Shown: positions 58,601 to 64,000 of the stretch, one piece after another | Layout of the letters: every line of letters starts with the position of its first letter | Position numbering within the stretch: position 1 is the stretch's first letter | Source: Antedon mediterranea | Lineage: Eukaryota > Animalia > Echinodermata | Assembly (NCBI RefSeq): GCF_964355755.1 | Contig: NC_092674.1 | Coordinates: forward strand, 23,746,001 to 23,810,000 | DNA: 64,000 nucleotides | Direction of reading: 5' to 3' | Notes under the pieces: generated by a model | The model's input: the letters and a program-made list of their open reading frames with translations, nothing else | Database searches by the model: none | Told to the model about the DNA's origin: nothing | Program-made: the position numbers and the translations under genes

Positions 58601-61600
58601 TGAGGTTGGCCATGCAGCAAAATAGTTTGCCTCAATTATGTTGTCTATTTGGCACAGAGAAACTCTGACATTGGCTTTGCCAATAGTTGCATGTAGTGCT
58701 GCTGACGAGCATGTAGTGCTGGCCGAGCGGTTAAGACAGTGGAACCGTAATTACGTAGCCTTAAACATCGGCAAGGGTTCGAGGCTCACTCACTCCATGG
58801 TTCTGGTGGTTCGAGTCTTCTCGGATAAGGACTATAAACCGTAGGTCCAGTGTACACAACTAGCTCGTGTGCACTTTAAAGAACCTAGTACATCTTTCGA
58901 GACGAGTAGGGGGTTACCCCGGTGTATTAGTACATCACAGCCACTGATCACCAACTGGGCCCTCTGGGAGATCAGTCTTTGACTGAAGAGGTCACCCAGT
59001 ATAAAAATGAACAAACAAACAAACAAACAAACTGACACTAGTCACATTTTCTTCATTCACAGCCGCATTGATAAATACAGTATTTTCTAATCTTTTTGCA
59101 GGTGATCAGATTGTGATTGGTAAAAAAACATTCTTGCAGAATGTCACCATATTTAGCAACTTAACAGTACTAGAATTAATAGATAACATCGACATAGTGG
59201 CATTAGAGGAAGATGCTGTATTTAGGATGGGTAGATACAACATCTCTGGCAAGAAGACCTTCCTTAATGAAGTACATTTTAATCTTATTTGGGTTTCAGG
59301 TAACGGATATCTCATTTCTTTTGTTGTTTTCTTGTGCTTTGTTTTGTGAACATTGTAATATTAATTAATTGTATGTTGGAAGATCTAGCACAAACCATTA
59401 TACATTAACGGAGTACCTGCAAGTATATGTTGGGAATATAATAATCGAACATCTAATAAATACATTCTTGAAAACATTTTAACTGTTGTCTATGCCGGAG
59501 TTTGTGTTTTATATTTTTTTGTATTCGGATATATGGCAGCTTTTGGGCACCTCATCCACTACTCTCTTTGAAACATTTTTTTCCTTGAAACCAACAACTT
59601 AACATCCTATTCGAAGAATGTTGTGATCAAAAATTCTGCCTACAAAAATTTTGGGTTGAACACAATAATATGTAGATATGTTGCCTATTAAACACTTTAT
59701 CAAAGCACTTCACATTTTAATTTGTAATGCGCTTTATGCAAACAGTATAAAGTGCAGTGGACTATTATGGCATAAAAGTTTCATCTCCCCTAAAGCTCTG
59801 TCTATCAAACTAGTTTGACAAAAATAGTGTGATGTGCCTAAATATGGTAGTGATATTCCAAAATATGATAGTGTGAAGTGCCCATATATGTCCATATATG
59901 GGCACATTCTTTAGGGTCAAGCTTCCATCAAGCACACTCATTTGTGAGTCCATGAGAAAGAAAAAGTTAATATTTGGTTTACATTTCATTCAGGTCTGAT
60001 TGATGGAGTTGACCTGCAGGAGTTAAAGGAATCCGCCATGCTTCAAGGAGCTAGACAGAATATCACAGTTCCTAGTATCCAGTTTACTGGTGATGTGATT
60101 GTCAATAATAACTTAAATGTTGAAGGCCTGGTCAATGGTTTGGATCTTCAATATTTGGATTCTGTCATTATCAGGGTCACAGACGAATTTATTTCAGGTA
60201 TGTTTTAATCATGATTTTGTAATTAAAAAACTCAAACATGAGTATCACTCAATGTGTAGATAGAGGTTGTGGAGGGGAGAGCTGGTCAAAATTTTATATC
60301 AACTTGGAGAAGGGTTTAGTAACAAAGGAAAGCATGTATGAATGATGCAAAAAAGAATGTGCTATATAAATGATTGTCCACTGTGTACTCACCAACTTTG
60401 TTTGTACTTTCATCATTTGCTGAGGAGTCATCAATGCTACTACATCAGACTCCCTAACTTAAAAATGGTTCTTATAGCTGGTTTCGGTTTTTTTTTTTCC
60501 TTTTGTAATTTCTGTTGCACATTTTTGATGTATGTACATTTAACCACATTTAATCTTTTTTTAATTATAGTGGAAGTTGATTTTGAGAATTTGCATTTTT
60601 CAAGCTGTGATGTTGTTGTTGTTGGTTTGGTAGATGGTATAGATCTCAGTGAAGAAGCTTTATTAATTGGTGAACTGGTATGTATACAATACTTACACAA
60701 CATTTGTAAAATCTTAGATCCAATTTACCAGATATGTTTTATATGCAGTAGAGCCTCTATTAAAGGACCACATTTGGGATCCAATAGAGTGTTCAGGGGA
60801 CAGAAATGTCCCCTGAATAGGGGTTAGCCTTAGTGTTAAAACATGTATTGTCTCTTGGGTATGTCCTTAAGCTCTGCCTACACTATCACACTTTATGTGA
60901 CAAACAAATGTGATGTGCCCATATATGGACATGTCATCACTACCATATTTGGAAATATCATATCACTACCATATTTGGAAATATCACTACCATATTTAGG
61001 TACATCACACTTTTGTCAACTAGTTTAATAGTGCAGTGCTTTAATAGGGGTGCCCCTATAAGAGTGTCTCTCCCAAAGGATGCCAGTTTAAAACTAAAAA
61101 AGCTACTGATTGCTTACTCCCTATGTCTTCTGTGGACCATATTCTATCTATGGTGAAAATGTGGTCAAATAAACCAAAGTGATAGCATAAAGTATATCAT
61201 CCTTGTTTGAGGTAATGAATAATGTTTTTGTGTTTTCTATTTTCCAACAGAATCAAGTTATTTATGGTCCCAAAACATTTGAAAATTCTGTTATTGTTGA
61301 CGGTCATATTCTTGATATAGATGTCATCAACAACATAAATTTGACAGAGCTACATGAAACAACAGTTATGTATGGCTCGGACCAAGTGATCACATCACCC
61401 AAACATGTCTTTGGTAATTATTGATTAATCTAAAATAACATTGTTCATATTAATAATAGTTCATTCTTATATAGTGCACATAAGCAAGTTCTGATACAGG
61501 GGCTATTTTGTGAACCAGTTCACCGAGGTAACCCTACTCGTCTCAAATTATGAACTAGGTTCTTTAGTGCACACGAGTTATAACTGTGTACACTGGAACT

Positions 61601-63910
61601 ATATATTTTTAGTAATAATTTCCGTAAGTTTCGTAACACTGTTAGTAGTTTAGTTTAATGTTTGTTATTGTATATGTACGTGTTTGTCTGTGTTCCCTCC
61701 TGTAAGTGGTGAACCATGAGCTCACTGTTGGTTGGGAAATGAATAAATAAAAAAAAATGAATAAATAAATAAACTACAGTTTATAGTCCTGAGAAGACTA
61801 GGAGGACTTTAGGTATGGTACGGCACCTATGCCTTAACCGCTCGACTATTTAACTATAATAGTAAGTTTGTCCAGTAGTTACTTAACTCAACTAGTTTTT
61901 TACCTTTCCAATAATTGAATATGCTTAGTTTTACCAAAAAAAGCTTATTTTGGAAAAATATAAGAAAGTAAGACTAGTAATAAAAATCAAGGTGATATTG
62001 GTCATGGGCCAAATCTAATATTTATCTCAAAATAGCAATTTCATAGCATAACCCGTTACAAGATGCGATACATTGATGGTAGTGCTATTTTCATGGCATT
62101 ACCTATGACTTACACATTTGACTCATGTGCACTTTAAAGAATCCAGTACATCTTTCGGAAGAGTAGGGGGTTACCCCGGTGTACTGGTCCATTCAGCCCC
62201 CTGTTTGGTGACATGAAGGGATCCTTATGGGAGGAGAAAGTTGTGGTATGTCGTCCACACCTGTGTGTAATTCAGCCCAGTAGGTTGCAAGTCACAAGTT
62301 ATTCCCAATTTACATTGACTTGTAAGCAAAGAAATCTATTTCTGACTTATAAAGAGCAAAGTAATCTGTTTGCTGTTTCTCATTTGTAGGTAACCTTACC
62401 GCTGTACAGAACATAACAGTTGATGGATACTTCAACATGTACAAGATTGATGTGTTAGCAAATAGAGTACTACAAAGCACAGATAAGTTTGTTGTATTTA
62501 CCAACAATGTTACCATAGAAACGCTGGAGGTGTACAATGTAAGTAAATGTAAGCTCTGTTTACACTATCACACTAGTTTGACAATAAGTATGGTGGTGAT
62601 ATGCCCAAATATGGTAGTTATACGACATCATTATGTCCATATGTGCACATCACATTTGTTTGTCACATAAAGTTTTGATAGTGTAGACAGAGCTTTATAT
62701 TTAGATGCGCACATACCATAATTAGTAATTATCTATGACTGCTTCAATCCCGTAGCCAGGTTTTACAGAGAGATTTTCTAAAAGAGGGGTAAAAATTGCA
62801 ATATGAAGTTTCGTAAAGGAGTTTTTCCTTTCATTGCTTGCATTGTGCCTACTTTGATGCGTCATACAAGCTTTAGATTACCCATAGCATGCTTTTTTGT
62901 TTTAATAAAGGAATTTGTGATAGAAGATGATGTGTTATGTGGCATAAATCTAACTGATCTGAGGCTTTCATATCTAAGCAAAACCTTATCACAGACAATC
63001 TCAGCTTCCATCCGATTCTCTGATATTGAAGTGGATGACAACCAGTTTCTAAATAATGATATCACCGTGCTAGACTACCAAGGTGTGATTGGTCACTATG
63101 TGAATGGTATTGATTTGTCATTTATGTTGAATCTTACAGAAGAGGGAAGAGACAATCGGATAATAAATAGAACAGTGTCATTTATGTTTGGTCTTGCTGT
63201 AGGTATGTATAAGTCTAGGTAGTACTGTAGTGGTAGAAATGGCGTTTCATATTTGTAATACTGGAATCAATCTAGTATTATGGATCTGTATGCCTGGGTG
63301 GAAAGTGAACAATTTTAATTATTTCTCAGATAGTTAGTGTGTTTTGGAGACACGGGGCAGCAGCTGTATAGACCATAAGTGACTTATTGCCAGAGAGTAG
63401 GCAGGGGTCTCATTTTAGAGTTTTTTAGCTAGACGAGGGATCAGTGAAATTGCATTTTTACTGACCGTCCTCCAGGTTCCACCCATCCCATTCAAACACA
63501 GAATTGGCATTGTAAAATGATATTTGTAGGCCCTACCATGTGGGCTATCACGGGTGTCAATGGAATTATATGAGATCACATATATGATGTAATAGGCCTA
63601 CTATTTTTATGAGCTGAATTAAAACATTACTATTCAATTTGTCAGAACATATAACTGTAGAAGGAACCATCAATGGCATGGACATTCCAGGAGATGTTAT
63701 GCTGATTGCAGCCGACAACGTAGTCACTGCAACAAAGACCTTTTTTGACCCTGTATATATCAACAATGATCTGCAGATGTCAAACTACGGGACAATCGAT
63801 GGAGTTGATATTTCAGAATGGGCTTCAACCGTCACACTTACCAGTGATGATGCAGTAATACTTGTTACTGTGAATTTTAATAGAAGTCTTAATTTCCTTC
63901 AAGATTTAAC
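43638..63910 (+). CDS. Large probably extracellular protein: EPTP/EAR repeats + coiled coil + long QxIxGxKTF...(I/V)(D/N)GIDL repeat array (Closca/Nasrat/Polehole-like); 3' end outside window, first exon uncertain
   Basis: Phase-consistent GT-AG exons: 43638-43798, 44399-44510, 45045-45245, 48409-48690, 49803-50342, 50755-50910, 51111-51244, 51457-51619, 52262-52483, 53050-53184, 53574-53780 (or 53762), 54432-54614, 55536-55693, 57088-57379, 58038-58214, 59102-59299, 59994-60197, 60571-60677, 61251-61413, 62390-62538, 62911-63202, 63646-63910 (~4.5 kb). EAR-type motifs VIYKFNLATKQFEIVQEIPSAGAIDLEAF, FVHHQYIYVEGALDFEFF, SIIYKYYKGRFEIFQYI. Many N-x-S/T sequons. Gene structure is well supported; the family label is recalled, not searched. 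Confidence 0.85.
46349..47628 (-). pseudogene. Truncated DDE/DDD transposase split by a SINE
   Basis: Joining 47628-47269 to 46927-46349 gives one frame (…SMFDYCV/MDIPGINFF…, 312 aa). The N-terminus is missing. An 18-bp duplication gives PFIKSSPFIKSS. Confidence 0.85.
46928..47268 (+). mobile_element. Full-length Meta-core SINE, tail type B
   Basis: A-box TGGCCGAGCGG, B-box GGTTCGAGGCC, core TCTTCTCGGATAAGGACTATAAACC...ACTTTAAAGGACCC, A-rich end. Boundaries defined by the interrupted transposase frame. Confidence 0.9.
48740..49098 (+). mobile_element. 5'-truncated CR1/L2-clade LINE 3' end
   Basis: Translates FRDSFLYKAPSLLNALPIKIRNS (typical end of CR1/L2 ORF2), then a U-rich UTR, AATAAA and poly(A). 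Confidence 0.6.
51662..51902. mobile_element. MITE with CTG TSD (PHIS group) containing a 23-bp x4 tandem repeat
   Basis: CTG|TGGCCCTATTCATCAATC ... GAATGGTGAATACGGCCA|CTG. ACTTAAGTGAGATATTCAATCAA x4 at 51682-51772. Confidence 0.8.
52011..52051 (+). ncRNA. Minimal type I hammerhead ribozyme (Penelope-like element pLTR type)
   Basis: TAGCA-CTGATGA-A-GGGC-TAGCGTT-GCCC-GAAA-GC-TC-TGCTA: 5-bp stem I, intact core, 4-bp stem II and palindromic vestigial stem III (AGCT). Predicted cleavage after C52046. Confidence 0.8.
53200..53384. mobile_element. pogo/Tigger-like MITE (CAGTGGAACCCCTATTAAAGGGACAC family)
   Basis: CAGTGGAACC / GGTTCTATTG ends with GGGACAC/GTGTCCC sub-repeats. Relatives at ~60746-61080 (with a family A MITE nested), ~45290-45640, ~13345-13460 and ~33215-33260. 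Confidence 0.7.
54675..54884 (+). mobile_element. Meta-core SINE, tail type C
   Basis: CGTGTGCACTTTAAAGAA core end, then tail ...CCACACCTGTGTGCAATTCAGCCCAGTA...TTTACATTTACA. Second copy at 62121-62315. Confidence 0.75.
57851..57925 (+). mobile_element. Penelope-like pLTR remnant with degenerate hammerhead
   Basis: CTGAAAA (core G>A)...GATCGAAACGTC-AAGAA followed by AACAGTTCTTTTCAGGAGTAC, a context typical of PLE repeats. Confidence 0.55.
58712..59031 (+). mobile_element. Full-length Meta-core SINE, tail type A
   Basis: A-box TGGCCGAGCGG, B-box GGTTCGAGGC, Meta-like core, (AAAC)n terminus. Confidence 0.9.
61493..61850 (-). mobile_element. Meta-core SINE (tail B start) interrupted by a + strand LINE-like tail (~61602-61770)
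   Basis: SINE sequence resumes after the insert. AACTA is duplicated at both junctions. The insert ends AATAAATAAAAAAAAATGAATAAATAAAT. Confidence 0.7.
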
Positions 63911-64000
63911 GTAAGTTAAATTTCTGTTTAAAGGGTGGTAGGCCTACAAAAGCTCCTTCTAAACAACAAGCCCAACTAAGTCCTATCAAAATTAACCAAG

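Overview
AT-rich, intron-rich animal genomic DNA, probably from a marine invertebrate deuterostome such as an echinoderm (taxon inferred, not shown). I hand-spliced five protein-coding genes using GT-AG sites and phase continuity. (1) The last three exons of RBX1 (+, 864-2622), missed by the ORF track. (2) A complete 20-coding-exon LARP1 (-, 8165-25830, ~1183 aa). (3) PGRMC (-, 34194-38772, 184 aa). (4) RWDD2 (-, 41786-42786, 303 aa). (5) Head-to-head with RWDD2, a very large + strand gene (>=22 exons, ~1500 aa in the window, running off the end) with EPTP/EAR propeller repeats, a coiled coil and a long array of fibre-like QxIxGxKTF...IDGIDL repeats, resembling insect Closca/Nasrat/Polehole. 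Non-coding space is packed with MITEs of several superfamilies, tRNA-derived SINEs, LINE tails and a deleted Sola2-type transposon split by a SINE. The most notable observations are an intact minimal hammerhead ribozyme in a sense-strand intron (52011-52051) with degenerate relatives, one SINE core carrying four different 3' tails, the fibre-like giant protein, LARP1-PGRMC linkage recalling human LARP1B-PGRMC2, a MITE-born minisatellite, and strong excess of TAGGCCTA and TAC(A/T)GTA. No database searches were run; counts are by eye.
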